From NCBI GenBank assembly GCA_965232515.1, contig CBDDPY010000002.1, positions 928,001 to 992,000 of the forward strand: a stretch of DNA of 64,000 nt, read 5' to 3'. A model generated the notes under the pieces. That model searched no databases. It was not told the DNA's origin and was given only the letters and a program-made list of their open reading frames with translations. Shown here piece after piece: positions 1 to 12,499 of the stretch. The translations under genes and the position numbers were made by a program. The DNA comes from Alphaproteobacteria bacterium (lineage in GTDB: Bacteria; Pseudomonadota; Alphaproteobacteria; GCA-2731375). How positions within the stretch are numbered: position 1 is the first letter of the stretch; every line of letters starts with the position of its first letter.

Positions 1-19
1 CCTAGGCCCCAGCGGAACC

Positions 20-280
20 ATGGCCAAATCGGGTCGAGGTCGGCGTCCGCGCGGCAGCGGCGGAGAGTTCCTGCTTGAATTTCGGCGGATCGGCAACGCC
101 GTAAAGGTCTCCGCCATCGACCCGGCAACCGGGACCGAAGTGTCGATCAGCGGCCCCGCGAACATCGGCGAGACCGAGCTTTCGCGCACGGCCTGCAATA
201 AGCTGCGCTACGTTCTTCGGAAAAACGCGGAAAATGCCGCCGCGGCCCAAGAGGCCCGGCGGCGCGGCATCAAGATCTGA
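20..280 (+). CDS. Small conserved alphaproteobacterial protein (DUF6898-like)
   Basis: 86-aa ORF with EFRRIGNAVKVSAIDPATGTEVSISGP...NKLRYVL pattern; family assignment from memory. Confidence 0.7.
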   Translation: MAKSGRGRRPRGSGGEFLLEFRRIGNAVKVSAIDPATGTEVSISGPANIGETELSRTACNKLRYVLRKNAENAAAAQEARRRGIKI

Positions 281-342
281 ACGCGACGGCAACCGCCGCT
301 GCAACGGCAGTCGCCGGCGATCCAGGTCAGGGTCCGTTGGAA

Positions 343-768
343 CTAAGCGGCGTTGCGGCGCCGGCCCAGGCCGATCTTCTTGGCGAACTTCGACCGCTGC
401 GTCGAATAGTTCGGCGCCACCATCGGATAGTCGGGCGGCAGGTTCCATTTCGCCCGATACTCCTCGGGCGTCATGTCGAACTTCGTCCGCAGATAGCGCT
501 TCAGCATCTTCAGCTTCTTGCCGTCTTCCAAGCAGACGATGTATTCGGGCGTCACCGACTTACGAACCGAAACAGCCGGCTTCGGCGCACTTTCCTTTAT
601 CTTTTCGTCGGCCGTCTCGATACCGGCCAAGGACTGATGGACCGTCCGAATTAAATCCGGAATGTCAGAGGCAGGCAGGGAGTTAAAACTGACATAAGCC
701 GATACGATGTCACTGACCATACGCAACATTTCTTTGTTCGAAACGACGGCTTCGTTGTCTACGCTCAT
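343..768 (-). CDS. mucR: Ros/MucR family nucleoid-associated transcriptional regulator
   Basis: DIVSAYVS, PAVSVRKSVTPEYIVCLEDGKKLKMLKRYL, YRAKWNLPPDYPMVAPNYS motifs. Confidence 0.95.
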   Translation of the reverse strand: MSVDNEAVVSNKEMLRMVSDIVSAYVSFNSLPASDIPDLIRTVHQSLAGIETADEKIKESAPKPAVSVRKSVTPEYIVCLEDGKKLKMLKRYLRTKFDMTPEEYRAKWNLPPDYPMVAPNYSTQRSKFAKKIGLGRRRNAA

Positions 769-1149
769 GTGGATATTCCATGTAATCGGGAGGCATGTTT
801 AATTGCCACGTTACTTTTTCTATGTCAATCATTTCTGAAAAATTCGTCGGTTTTACACCTTTGACCAAGTTTACACGCTTGAATCCGTGACCATTTAGTG
901 GAGAGCAAGACCTGATGGTGACCATCGGTTCGCCGTCCCATCCCACGTGCAGACCGACGAGACGTCGCTGGAGGCCGAATAGCGCGATCTGTAGTACAGC
1001 GCTGGCGCGCAAGTGCGACATCTGGTACTCATTGCAGACTTTCGGGTTCCGCGCCGCGCATGTATATGGTGCCGGCAAACGTCCGAAGGGCCAATGGTTC
1101 CTGCTGGACGACCATTTACAGCCTTGTCGTTCGCCAAAGAGGCCTGCCG

Positions 1150-2463
1150 ATGTCACTTTCCGACGCCGCCCATTCGTCCAATGGTGCTGCGGTTTTCTTT
1201 ACCCAGGAACTTGCCGCGCGCGATCCAGATCTCTTCGCCAGCATCGTCGCGGAACAGCGGCGGCAGCAGAACCAGATCGAGCTGATCGCGTCGGAAAACA
1301 TCGTCAGCCACGCCGTGCTGCAGGCGCAAGGCTCGGTGCTGACCAACAAGTATGCCGAAGGCTATCCCGGCCGTCGCTACTACGGCGGTTGCGAGCATGT
1401 CGACGTTGCCGAACGGCTGGCCATCGAGCGGGCGACCAAACTGTTCGATTGCGCCTACGCCAACGTGCAGCCGCACTCCGGCGCGCAGGCGAATCAGGCC
1501 GTCTACATGGCGCTGCTGAAACCGGGCGACACCACGCTCGGCCTGTCGCTGGCGGCCGGCGGCCACCTGACCCATGGCGCGCCGCCCAATCAGTCGGGTA
1601 AATGGTTTAACGCGGTGCAGTACGGCGTCCGCGAGGACGACCATCTGATCGACTTCGACGAAGTCGAACGGTTGGCGTGGGAGCATAAGCCAAAGCTGAT
1701 CATCGCTGGCGGCTCGGCCTATCCGCGGGTAATCGATTTTGCCCGCTTCCGCGAGATCGCCGACCAGGTCGGCGCTTACCTGCTGGTCGACATGGCGCAT
1801 TTCGCCGGCCTGGTGGCGGGCGGCGCCCATCCGAGCCCCTTGCCGCATGCGCACGTGGTGACGACGACGACACACAAGACCTTGCGCGGACCGCGCGGCG
1901 GCATGGTGCTGTCGAACGACCTCGATCTCGGCAAAAAGATCAACTCGGCCGTCTTTCCCGGCTTGCAGGGCGGTCCGCTGATGCATGTGATCGCCGCAAA
2001 GGCCGTTGCCTTTGGCGAGGCGTTAACGCCTGAGTTCGCCGGCTATGCCCGCGCCGTCGTCGACAACGCGCACGCGCTCGCCGAGGTCTTGCGCGAAAAC
2101 GGCTTCGACATCGTCTCAGGCGGCACAGACACGCATGTCGTGCTGGTCGACCTCCGGCCCAAGGGACTGAAAGGCAACGACGCCGAACAGGCGTTGGAGC
2201 GGGCCGGCATCACCTGCAACAAAAACGGCGTGCCGTTCGATCCGGAAAAACCGACTGTGACTTCGGGCGTCCGCCTCGGTACGCCGGCGGGCACCACGCG
2301 CGGCTTCGGCGTCGCCGAGTTCCGCCAGGTCGGCCAGCTGATCGCCGAAACCCTGGCCGGATTTGCCGCCAACGGCGCCGACAATGCGGCGACCGAAGAC
2401 CGGGTGCGCGGCGAGGTGGAGGCGCTCTGCGCCCGCTTCCCGATCTATCCGGCAGGGGCCTGA
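1150..2463 (+). CDS. glyA: Serine hydroxymethyltransferase
   Basis: [23 protein letters not shown] and [14 protein letters not shown] (PLP lysine); start taken at ATG 1150. Confidence 0.98.
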   Translation: MSLSDAAHSSNGAAVFFTQELAARDPDLFASIVAEQRRQQNQIELIASENIVSHAVLQAQGSVLTNKYAEGYPGRRYYGGCEHVDVAERLAIERATKLFDCAYANVQPHSGAQANQAVYMALLKPGDTTLGLSLAAGGHLTHGAPPNQSGKWFNAVQYGVREDDHLIDFDEVERLAWEHKPKLIIAGGSAYPRVIDFARFREIADQVGAYLLVDMAHFAGLVAGGAHPSPLPHAHVVTTTTHKTLRGPRGGMVLSNDLDLGKKINSAVFPGLQGGPLMHVIAAKAVAFGEALTPEFAGYARAVVDNAHALAEVLRENGFDIVSGGTDTHVVLVDLRPKGLKGNDAEQALERAGITCNKNGVPFDPEKPTVTSGVRLGTPAGTTRGFGVAEFRQVGQLIAETLAGFAANGADNAATEDRVRGEVEALCARFPIYPAGA

Positions 2464-2502
2464 GCCGGCATGCCGACCGATCGGTTTTGGGGCTGATCGC
2501 CG

Positions 2503-2970
2503 ATGCGCTGCCCGTTCTGCAGTAACGACGACACGCAGGTAAAGGACTCGCGGCCCACCGAGGACAATTCGGCCATTCGCCGCCGCCGGTTCTGTCCGGC
2601 CTGCGGCTCGCGCTTCACCACCTTCGAGCGCGTGCAGTTGCGCGAACTGACGATCATCAAGCGCAACGGTCAGCGCACGCCGTTCGACCGCGACAAGCTG
2701 ATGCGTTCGATCCTGATCGCCACCCGTAAGCGGCCCGTCGACCCGGAGCGCATCGAACGCATGGTCAACGGCATCCAGAAACGGCTCGAGAGCTCGGGCG
2801 AGAGCGACATCCCCTCCGACGCAGTCGGCTCGATGGTCATGGACGCATTGGCCGGCCTCGATCAGGTCGCCTATGTGCGCTTCGCCTCGGTCTACCGCAA
2901 CTTCCGCGAAGTGAAGGACTTCGAGGATTTCATCGGCCACCTTGGCACCGGCAGCGACAACGACGACTGA
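2503..2970 (+). CDS. nrdR: Transcriptional repressor NrdR
   Basis: [26 protein letters not shown] zinc ribbon, ATP-cone, [13 protein letters not shown]. Confidence 0.98.
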   Translation: MRCPFCSNDDTQVKDSRPTEDNSAIRRRRFCPACGSRFTTFERVQLRELTIIKRNGQRTPFDRDKLMRSILIATRKRPVDPERIERMVNGIQKRLESSGESDIPSDAVGSMVMDALAGLDQVAYVRFASVYRNFREVKDFEDFIGHLGTGSDNDD

Positions 2971-4063
2971 CGCCGACGACCGTCGGTTCATGCGCGCCGC
3001 GCTTGACCTGGCGTCACGCGGCCTCGGCAATGTCTGGCCCAATCCCGCCGTCGGTTGTCTCATCGTCCGCGACGGCCTGCCGGTCGGCCGCGGCTGGACC
3101 CAGCCCGGCGGCCGGCCCCATGCGGAGACCGTGGCGCTGTCGCAGGCGGGCGAGCAAGCCACAGGTGGCACCGCCTATGTCACGCTGGAGCCCTGCGCCC
3201 ATCACGGCCAGACGCCGCCTTGCAGCGACGCGCTGATCGCCGCGCGCATCGCCCGCGCCGTGATCGCGGCCCCCGATCCCGATCCTCGGGTCAATGGCGG
3301 CGGCATCGCGGCGCTGCAGGCGGCCGGCATCGCTGTCACAACCGATCTAATGCGCGCGGAGGCAGAGTTCCTGAATGTGGGCTTCCTGTCGCGGGTGACC
3401 CGTCAGCGCCCGCTGGTGACTCTGAAGCTGGCAACGACGCTCGACGGCCGGATCGCCACACGAACGGGCGCCAGCCAATGGATCACGGGCGAGGGCGCGC
3501 GCCAGCGCGGCCAATTGCTGCGCGCCCAACATGACGCCATTCTGGTTGGCGCCGGCACGCTCAGATCGGATGACCCGGCGCTGACCTGCCGGCTGCCGGG
3601 CCTCGCGGACAATTCGCCGGTCCGCATCGTGCTGGGCGGCCGCGGGGACATGCCGGCCGGGGCGGACCTGTTCAAAACGGCCGGCGACGTCCCGACCTGG
3701 CTTTTGACGCCGCGGGGCAAGGCTGTTCCAGACACGGTGCGTCGGCCGGGCGTCGAGATCATCGAAGCCGATCCAACCGTCGATGGCGGCGTCGATCCCG
3801 CCGCCGCGCTCGCGGCCCTGGCCGGCCGTGGCATCACCCGGTTGCTGATCGAGGGCGGCGCCGCCGTCGCGACGACGTTCCTCGCGGCCGGGCTGGTTGA
3901 CCGTATTGCCTGGTTCCGCGCCGCCAGCCTGTTCGGCGGCGATGGCCTGCCGGCCATCGCCGGGCTCGGCATCGAGACGCTTGCGCAACGGCTGCGCCTG
4001 GAACGCCTGTCGATCGTGCCGGCCGGTGACGACGTACTGGAAACCTACGCCGTTCGGTCGTAA
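2942..4063 (+). CDS. ribD: Bifunctional riboflavin deaminase/reductase RibD
   Basis: [40 protein letters not shown]; start uncertain (TTG 2942 or ATG 2990). Confidence 0.96.
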   Translation: MAPAATTTTDADDRRFMRAALDLASRGLGNVWPNPAVGCLIVRDGLPVGRGWTQPGGRPHAETVALSQAGEQATGGTAYVTLEPCAHHGQTPPCSDALIAARIARAVIAAPDPDPRVNGGGIAALQAAGIAVTTDLMRAEAEFLNVGFLSRVTRQRPLVTLKLATTLDGRIATRTGASQWITGEGARQRGQLLRAQHDAILVGAGTLRSDDPALTCRLPGLADNSPVRIVLGGRGDMPAGADLFKTAGDVPTWLLTPRGKAVPDTVRRPGVEIIEADPTVDGGVDPAAALAALAGRGITRLLIEGGAAVATTFLAAGLVDRIAWFRAASLFGGDGLPAIAGLGIETLAQRLRLERLSIVPAGDDVLETYAVRS

Positions 4064-4073
4064 TAAGTGGGGC

Positions 4074-4667
4074 ATGTTTACCGGGATCGTCACCGATGTC
4101 GGTCGCGTGCGGGCCGTCGAACCGGATGGCGACACCCGCTTCACGATCGAAACCGCCTATGACACCGCCAGGATCGAGGCCGGCGCCTCGATAGCCTGCG
4201 ATGGCGCCTGCCTGACCGTGGTCGACAAGGGGCCGGGTTGGTTCGCCGTCACCGCGTCGGCCGAGACGCTCGCCTGCACCACGCTTGGCGACTGGCAGGC
4301 GGGCCACGCGGTCAACCTGGAACGGGCCTTGAAGGTCGGCGACGAACTGGGCGGCCATATCGTGTCGGGCCATGTCGACGCGGTCGCAGAAGTGGTCGGC
4401 GCCGAGCCGGAGGGCGACTCCGTCCGCTTCACCTTCGAGGTGCCGGCGCGTCTCGCCCGCTACGTCGCCAGCAAGGGCTCGATCACGTTGAACGGCGTGT
4501 CGCTGACCGTGAACGACGTCGAGAACAGCCGGTTTGGCGTCAACATCATTCCGCATACCCGGGCCGTGACCAACTTCGCCGATGCCAAGGCGGGCACCCG
4601 CATGAACGTCGAGATCGACATCCTGGCGCGCTACGTCGCGCGGCTGGCCGAAGGGGGCCCGGCGTGA
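4074..4667 (+). CDS. ribE: Riboflavin synthase (alpha chain)
   Basis: Diagnostic MFTGIV N-terminus at ATG 4074; GACLTV, VNLERAL..GDELGGHIVSGHVD. Confidence 0.97.
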   Translation: MFTGIVTDVGRVRAVEPDGDTRFTIETAYDTARIEAGASIACDGACLTVVDKGPGWFAVTASAETLACTTLGDWQAGHAVNLERALKVGDELGGHIVSGHVDAVAEVVGAEPEGDSVRFTFEVPARLARYVASKGSITLNGVSLTVNDVENSRFGVNIIPHTRAVTNFADAKAGTRMNVEIDILARYVARLAEGGPA

Positions 4668-5779
4668 GTTTCACCGAGTATCTGTCGGACATCGAGGAAA
4701 TCCTCGAGGACGCCCGCAAGGGCAAGATGTTCATCCTGGTCGACGAGGAAGACCGCGAGAACGAGGGCGATCTGGTGATCCCGGCCGAGAAGGCCGACGC
4801 CGAGGCGGTGAACTTCATGGCCCGCTACGGCCGCGGCCTGATCTGCCTGTCGATGGTGCAAGGCATGATCGACCGGCTGGGCCTGGACCTGATGTCGCGA
4901 CGCAACGAGTCGCGGCACGGCACCGCCTTCACGGTATCGATCGAGGCACGCGAGGGCGTGACCACCGGCATCTCCGCCGCCGACCGTGCGCGCACCATCG
5001 AGGTCGCGATCGATCCCAGCGCCGGACCGGCCGACATCGCCACACCCGGCCACATCTTCCCGCTGGTCGCCAAGGAGGGCGGCGTGCTGGTGCGGGCCGG
5101 CCACACCGAGGCCGCCGTCGACATCGCCCGCCTCGCGGGCCTGCAGCCCGCCGGCGTGATCTGTGAGATCATGAACGACGACGGCTCGATGGCGCGCATG
5201 CCCGACCTCGTCAAGTTCGCGCAGTTCCACGGCCTCAAGATCGGCACCATCGCCGACCTGATCCAATATCGGCGACGCACGGAGTCGCTGGTCAAGCGCG
5301 CGGTCGAGGCCGATCTCGACAGCGTCTACGGCGGCCGCTTCCGGATGATCGTCTACGTCAACAAGCTGGCCTATGCCGAGCATGTCGCCCTGATCAAGGG
5401 CGATGTCAGCCGGCCGGGACCCGTGCCCGTGCGCATGCACGCGCTCGATCTGCTGAGCGACGTGCTGGGTGACAAGTCGGGCAAGGCCGGCCTGCTGCAT
5501 TCGGCCATGCGCATGCTGGATGGCGAGGAGCGCGGCGTTGTCGTGCTGATCCGCGAGGCGCTGCCGACCAACGTCTCGGACCGCGTGCGGCGCAAGGTCG
5601 GCGAAGAGGTGCCGAAGCGCATGGAGCTGCGCGACTATGGCGTCGGCGCGCAGATCCTGTCCGACCTCGGCGTCAAGGAAATGGTGCTGCTGACCAACAG
5701 CAACTACGACATCGTCGGCATCGACGGCTACGGCCTGCATGTGGTAGAGACCCGCCGTATCCCGATTGACGAGTATTGA
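4664..5779 (+). CDS. ribB: 3,4-dihydroxy-2-butanone-4-phosphate synthase fused to a degenerate GTP cyclohydrolase II-like domain (RibBX type)
   Basis: DEEDRENEGDL, GHIFPL, RAGHTEAAVD, ICEIMNDDG; C-terminal RDYGVGAQIL..LLTN but no Zn-binding Cys; GTG overlaps the ribE stop. Confidence 0.93.
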   Translation: MSFTEYLSDIEEILEDARKGKMFILVDEEDRENEGDLVIPAEKADAEAVNFMARYGRGLICLSMVQGMIDRLGLDLMSRRNESRHGTAFTVSIEAREGVTTGISAADRARTIEVAIDPSAGPADIATPGHIFPLVAKEGGVLVRAGHTEAAVDIARLAGLQPAGVICEIMNDDGSMARMPDLVKFAQFHGLKIGTIADLIQYRRRTESLVKRAVEADLDSVYGGRFRMIVYVNKLAYAEHVALIKGDVSRPGPVPVRMHALDLLSDVLGDKSGKAGLLHSAMRMLDGEERGVVVLIREALPTNVSDRVRRKVGEEVPKRMELRDYGVGAQILSDLGVKEMVLLTNSNYDIVGIDGYGLHVVETRRIPIDEY

Positions 5780-5781
5780 GC

Positions 5782-6246
5782 ATGCCCCAGCCCGCGCACG
5801 TGCTGATCGTCGAGGCGCGTTTCTACGACGACATCGCCGACGAACTGGCGCGCGGCGCGATCGCCGAAATTGAATCCCGCGGCGGCACCTATGACCGGAT
5901 CGCCGTACCCGGCGCCTTCGAGATCCCGGCCGCGATCGGCTTCGCCGCCAGGGCCATGGCGGACACCGCCGGGGCCGCGCGCTATGACGCCTTCGTGGCG
6001 CTGGGCTGCGTGATCCGCGGCGAGACGACGCATTACGACTATGTTTGCGGCGAAAGCGCGCGCGGGCTGATGGACTTGTCGTTGCAGCACGCCGTCGCGA
6101 TCGGCTACGGCATCCTGACCTGCGAGAACCGCGAGCAGGCCATGCAACGCGCCCGTGTCGATGCCGGCAACAAAGGCGCCGCTGCCGTCGATGCGGCCTT
6201 GCGTATGGCCGACCTCAAGACCCAGTTCGGCATCGCTGCGCGATGA
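5782..6246 (+). CDS. ribH: 6,7-dimethyl-8-ribityllumazine synthase
   Basis: VPGAFEIP, LGCVIRGETTHYDYVC, NKGAAA. Confidence 0.97.
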   Translation: MPQPAHVLIVEARFYDDIADELARGAIAEIESRGGTYDRIAVPGAFEIPAAIGFAARAMADTAGAARYDAFVALGCVIRGETTHYDYVCGESARGLMDLSLQHAVAIGYGILTCENREQAMQRARVDAGNKGAAAVDAALRMADLKTQFGIAAR

Positions 6247-6749
6247 CCGGCTCGTCGGGGAGCGCGACCGGCCAGCAGCGCAGCGCGGCGCGTCTCGCCG
6301 CCGTTCAGGCGCTTTACCAGATCGAACTGAACCGCGACGACGCCGAGGGCGTGATCCTGGCATTCCGCACCCACGGCTTTCCGGTCGAGCAGGGCCGCGA
6401 GGCCATGGTCGATCCCGACGTCGATCTATTCGCCGACGTCGTTCGCGGCGCCACGCGGCGGCAGGCGGAAATCGACCGGCTGCTGTCGGAGACGTTGGTC
6501 AAGGGCTGGCCACTGGAACGGCTGGAGAGCGTGTTGCGGGCGATCCTGCGCGCCGGCACCTACGAGCTGCTGATGCGCGGCGACATCCCGCCGAAAGTCA
6601 TCATCAACGAATATATCGAGATCGCGCACGCCTTCTTCTCGGGCGACGAGATCCGCATGACCAACGGCGTGCTGGACAGGGTCGCGCATCATCTGCGGTC
6701 CGGCGATTTTGACGGCGGAAACGATGACAGGCCGGCCGAAGCCGGGTGA
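6243..6749 (+). CDS. nusB: Transcription antitermination factor NusB
   Basis: RSAARLAAVQALYQ, WPLERL..VLRAILR, VIINEYIEIAHAF, NGVLD; follows ribH. Confidence 0.96.
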   Translation: MTGSSGSATGQQRSAARLAAVQALYQIELNRDDAEGVILAFRTHGFPVEQGREAMVDPDVDLFADVVRGATRRQAEIDRLLSETLVKGWPLERLESVLRAILRAGTYELLMRGDIPPKVIINEYIEIAHAFFSGDEIRMTNGVLDRVAHHLRSGDFDGGNDDRPAEAG

Positions 6750-7713
6750 GTTCGAACTGATCGCCAGGCATTTCGCGCCTCTGGCGGCGGGACATGCGCT
6801 TGCCTTTGACCTGACCGACGACGCGGCCCTGCTGCATCCCGACGCAGACCGCGATATCGTGCTGACCGCCGACGCGGTGGTCGCCGGCGTTCATTTCCTG
6901 CCCGACGACGCGCCCGATCTGATCGCCGCCAAGCTGTTGCGGGTCAATCTTTCGGACCTCGCCGCAATGGGCGCCCGTCCGCGCGGCTACCTTCTGACCG
7001 CCGCCTGGTCCAACGAGACCGACGAAGACTGGATCGCCAAATTCGCCCGCGGGCTGGCAGCCGATCAGATCGAGTTCGACATCGCCATGCTGGGCGGCGA
7101 TACCGTGGCAACGCCAGGTCCATTGACGTTCTCACTGACCGCCGTCGGCGACGTCGTGCGCGGCACCGCGCTGCGCCGGAATGGCGCGGAGCTTGGCGAT
7201 CTCATTTTCGTTTCCGGCAGCATTGGGGACGGCGCTCTCGGACTGCGGGTCCTGCGGGGCGAAATCCAGGATCTGGCCGAGGACGCCGCCGCGTTTCTTG
7301 CCGACCGCTATCATCTGCCGCGCCCTCGGCTGGCGCTTGGGCAAGCGTTGACAGGCATCGCCAGCGCCGCCCTGGATGTTTCAGACGGTGTGGTGGCCGA
7401 TCTGGGGCATATCTGCGAGGTCTCGGGCGTGGGCGCCGTCATCCGGTCCGACGACGTGCCTCTGTCGGCTGCCGCGAGGGCCGCTCTCGACGCCGATCCG
7501 GCCCGGCTGGCGACCGTGCTGACCGGCGGCGACGATTACGAGCTGCTGTTCACGGCGCCTCCGGCTCGCCGACCGCAGATCGCCGGGCTGGCCGAGCGGC
7601 TCGGCCTGCCATTGGCCGAGATCGGCGAAATCGTCGGTGGACGTGGCGTGAAGGTCATGGGTCCCGATGGCGCGCCGATGCGCTTCACGACGGGCGGTTA
7701 CACGCACACATAG
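6724..7713 (+). CDS. thiL: Thiamine-monophosphate kinase
   Basis: GEFELIARHF, DDAALL, NLSDLAAMGA, GGDT, DVSDG, GGDDYELLFT. Confidence 0.96.
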   Translation: MTGRPKPGEFELIARHFAPLAAGHALAFDLTDDAALLHPDADRDIVLTADAVVAGVHFLPDDAPDLIAAKLLRVNLSDLAAMGARPRGYLLTAAWSNETDEDWIAKFARGLAADQIEFDIAMLGGDTVATPGPLTFSLTAVGDVVRGTALRRNGAELGDLIFVSGSIGDGALGLRVLRGEIQDLAEDAAAFLADRYHLPRPRLALGQALTGIASAALDVSDGVVADLGHICEVSGVGAVIRSDDVPLSAAARAALDADPARLATVLTGGDDYELLFTAPPARRPQIAGLAERLGLPLAEIGEIVGGRGVKVMGPDGAPMRFTTGGYTHT

Positions 7714-7857
7714 TACCGATTTCGATCGATTTCTGCCACGGCGGAGGGGCGGATCGGGCGTTCGTATACCGTCTGGTAAGACCCTTCGGGCATCGTTTGT
7801 GGGCGAGGGGCTGGCGGGCCCACGCCGATCGAACAGCCACAACATAGTCAAAGCCTA

Positions 7858-8322
7858 ATGAACAAAATGGTGATCATAGGTGCCGCCGGCGTGCTGTTGC
7901 TGGGGGGCGGCGGCGCGGGCGCGATGTATGCCATGGGCATGCTGCCGGGCGCTGAGGCGGCCGAGGAAGAGGCCGCGGCCGAGGAAGACGTCGCCGAGGT
8001 TATGGAGGACGGCGTCTACGTCCGGATCGACAACCTTGCAATCCCTGTCATTGTCGGCCGCCGAGTCCGCCATAGCATCCTGTTGAGCATCACGCTGCAA
8101 GTCCCGAACAGCCGGGCCAAGACCGATGTGATGGCCGTATTGCCACGCCTGCGCGACGCCCTGCTGCGCGAGCTGTTTACCCGGCCCGTGCAGGAGGACA
8201 GCACCACCGGCGCCATCGATCTCGACGATCTGAAGCAGCGGTTGCTGTCGACATCGCAAACCATCACCGGAACCGATGACGTCAACGACGTCTTGGTGCT
8301 GAAAGCCGTCCGCATGGGCTGA
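7858..8322 (+). CDS. FliL-family single-pass membrane protein
   Basis: N-terminal Gly-rich TM helix, acidic linker and PRLRDALL motif typical of FliL. Confidence 0.7.
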   Translation: MNKMVIIGAAGVLLLGGGGAGAMYAMGMLPGAEAAEEEAAAEEDVAEVMEDGVYVRIDNLAIPVIVGRRVRHSILLSITLQVPNSRAKTDVMAVLPRLRDALLRELFTRPVQEDSTTGAIDLDDLKQRLLSTSQTITGTDDVNDVLVLKAVRMG

Positions 8323-8387
8323 TACCAAACGCCGCAGATCGCTGCCTCGGGTTGCCAGGGTGCGGCCGGCGGCATAGGTTCGCGGTC

Positions 8388-9578
8388 GTGTCCACTTCCG
8401 TACAGCGTCGAAACGTGCTGATCCTGGCCCTGTGCCAGGCGCTTTTTGTTTGCGGCCAGACGACCTTCGTGTTCCTCGGCGGACTTGTCGGTTTTTCGCT
8501 GGCCGCCGATAAGTCGCTGGCGACGCTGCCGATCAGCATCACCATCCTCGGCACCGCCATGATGACCATTCCGGCGGCCTTGTTCATGCGCCGGGTCGGC
8601 CGTCGTCTCGGCTTCATGTCGGGCGCGCTGATCGGCACGGTGGGCGTGCTGATCTGCGCCTGGGCCATCTACACCGCGAACTTTACGCTGTTCTGCACGG
8701 GCGCCCTGCTGGCCGGTTTCTACAACGCTTTTTGCCAGTACTACCGCTTCGCCGCCGCCGACGCGGCCGACGAAGCCTTCAAGAGCAAGGCGATCTCGCT
8801 GGTGCTGGCGGGCGGCGTGATCGCCGGTTTCGTCGGCCCGGCCGTCGCCACGCAAACCCGCGATCTGCTGGCGCCGGTCACCTATCTCGCCAGCTTTGTC
8901 GCCGTCTCCGGCATGAGCCTGCTGGCCATGCTGCTGGTCAGCTTCGTGCAGATCCCGACGCTCAGCCGCGAGGAGCAGCGCGACACCGGGCGGCCGTTGC
9001 CTCAGATCATGGCTCAGCCGGTCTTCGTCGTCGCGGTGCTCTCGGCCATGATCGGCTACGGTGTCATGAGCCTGGTGATGACGGCGACGCCACTGGCCAT
9101 GGTCGCCTGCAACTTCCCCGACGCCGACGCCGGCTACGTGATCCAATGGCACGTGCTGGGCATGTTCGCGCCGTCGTTCTTTACCGGCCACCTGATCGCG
9201 CGATTCGGCCTCTATCAAATCATGCTGACGGGCGCGGCCATGTTGGCCGCCTGCGTCGCCCTGACCTTGAGCGGCATCGAATTCGTCAATTTCTGGCTTG
9301 GCCTGATCCTGCTGGGCCTGGGCTGGAACTTCCTGTTCATCGGCGCCACGACGCTGCTGACCCGCGTCTACACGCCGGCCGAGCGCGCCAAGACCCAGGC
9401 GGCGAACGATTTCCTTGTCTTCGCGGCCACGGCCACCGCTTCGTTCCTGTCCGGCAAGCTGCTGCACGCCTATGGCTGGGCGACCGTGAACTACATGGCC
9501 GTGCCCTTCATCGTCCTGGTCACGATCGTGGTTGTCTGGCTGGCGGTGCGCCACCGCGCCGAACGTCGTCCCGCCTAA
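8388..9578 (+). CDS. MFS transporter
   Basis: About 12 hydrophobic segments; YRFAAAD, QWHVLGMFAPSFFTGHLIARFG; GTG start inferred. Confidence 0.9.
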   Translation: MSTSVQRRNVLILALCQALFVCGQTTFVFLGGLVGFSLAADKSLATLPISITILGTAMMTIPAALFMRRVGRRLGFMSGALIGTVGVLICAWAIYTANFTLFCTGALLAGFYNAFCQYYRFAAADAADEAFKSKAISLVLAGGVIAGFVGPAVATQTRDLLAPVTYLASFVAVSGMSLLAMLLVSFVQIPTLSREEQRDTGRPLPQIMAQPVFVVAVLSAMIGYGVMSLVMTATPLAMVACNFPDADAGYVIQWHVLGMFAPSFFTGHLIARFGLYQIMLTGAAMLAACVALTLSGIEFVNFWLGLILLGLGWNFLFIGATTLLTRVYTPAERAKTQAANDFLVFAATATASFLSGKLLHAYGWATVNYMAVPFIVLVTIVVVWLAVRHRAERRPA

Positions 9579-9754
9579 CGGGATTCGTGCCTTCGGTCGC
9601 CCATCCGAGCCGTTAACGCGCGGTTGCTTTATGACAACAGTTTTGGCATTTTCCGCCCGCAATTTTCGCGCCGGTTAGGGATTCGCCAATCCGACCTGTC
9701 CCAGCCGGCTTCCGCAAAGTATCTCGCCACCAAAAAGCTTAAAAAGGAAGATCC

Positions 9755-11857
<2,103 letters not shown>

Positions 11858-11875
11858 CGACGACGGTTCTTGGCA

Positions 11876-11901
11876 CCGCCGCGCCGATCCTGGCGCGGCG
11901 G
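11876..11901. terminator. GC-rich hairpin between convergent hppA and bamE
   Basis: CCGCCGCGCC-gatcct-GGCGCGGCGG 10-bp stem; no clear U tract. Confidence 0.5.
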
Positions 11902-11926
11902 CCACCTTGGCCGGGTGGCCGATAAC

Positions 11927-12364
11927 TTATTGGTTGGCGTTCGAGAACCGGCCGAGGTTGCCGAACAGCTGTTCCAGGACCGTCAGTTCCTTGCCGCGGG
12001 TCGGCGTGGTGCGCGATACCAGGTCGATCTCACGGCCGTCTTCCAGCGAGAAGCGTTCCACCGTCGTGACGATGCCGCCCTCGTCGAAAGACACCACGAC
12101 GACATCCTGCTGCACGACCTTTCGGTTCATGAAAGCGATGCGTTCGGTGTTGCGCGAGATGTAGTACCAGTTGCCGTCGTCGAATGTGCCAACGCTGGTC
12201 GGCGAGCCCAGCAACTCGGCCACGGAATCACGGTCGTGCACGCCGGGCCGCAGCTTTTCGATCAACTCGGCGTCCGGCACATAGCCATGCGATTCCTCGA
12301 TCGGCGCGCAGGCCGTCAGCAGGCTGCCCGTCAACAGGATCGCGGCGATTGAGATGCGCTGCAT
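11927..12364 (-). CDS. bamE: Outer membrane protein assembly factor BamE (lipoprotein)
   Basis: Lipobox LTAC; HGYVPD, VAELLGSPT, WYYIS; TPTRGKELTVLEQLFGNLGRF tail. Confidence 0.92.
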   Translation of the reverse strand: MQRISIAAILLTGSLLTACAPIEESHGYVPDAELIEKLRPGVHDRDSVAELLGSPTSVGTFDDGNWYYISRNTERIAFMNRKVVQQDVVVVSFDEGGIVTTVERFSLEDGREIDLVSRTTPTRGKELTVLEQLFGNLGRFSNANQ

Positions 12365-12499
12365 TGTCGTGCCTCGGGTGACGTATAGAATCTATTGGAC
12401 AAAGCGACATCAAACGCTATCGCGCCCAGGCGTCGTGTCGACGGCGGCGACAATTGCACCACGGCCCGCCGCTGTCAACGCATGGGCCAGAAACGGCAG

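Noticed and set aside
1070-1149. ZMP/ZTP or c-di-GMP-I riboswitch before glyA (GGCAAAC-stem-GAA-stem resemblance)
   Set aside because: No GACTGGCG...GCCTGGGC ZTP consensus, and no GACGC/P3 elements of c-di-GMP-I
2461-2941. FMN riboswitch for the rib operon
   Set aside because: No intergenic space or RFN consensus; genes are tightly coupled
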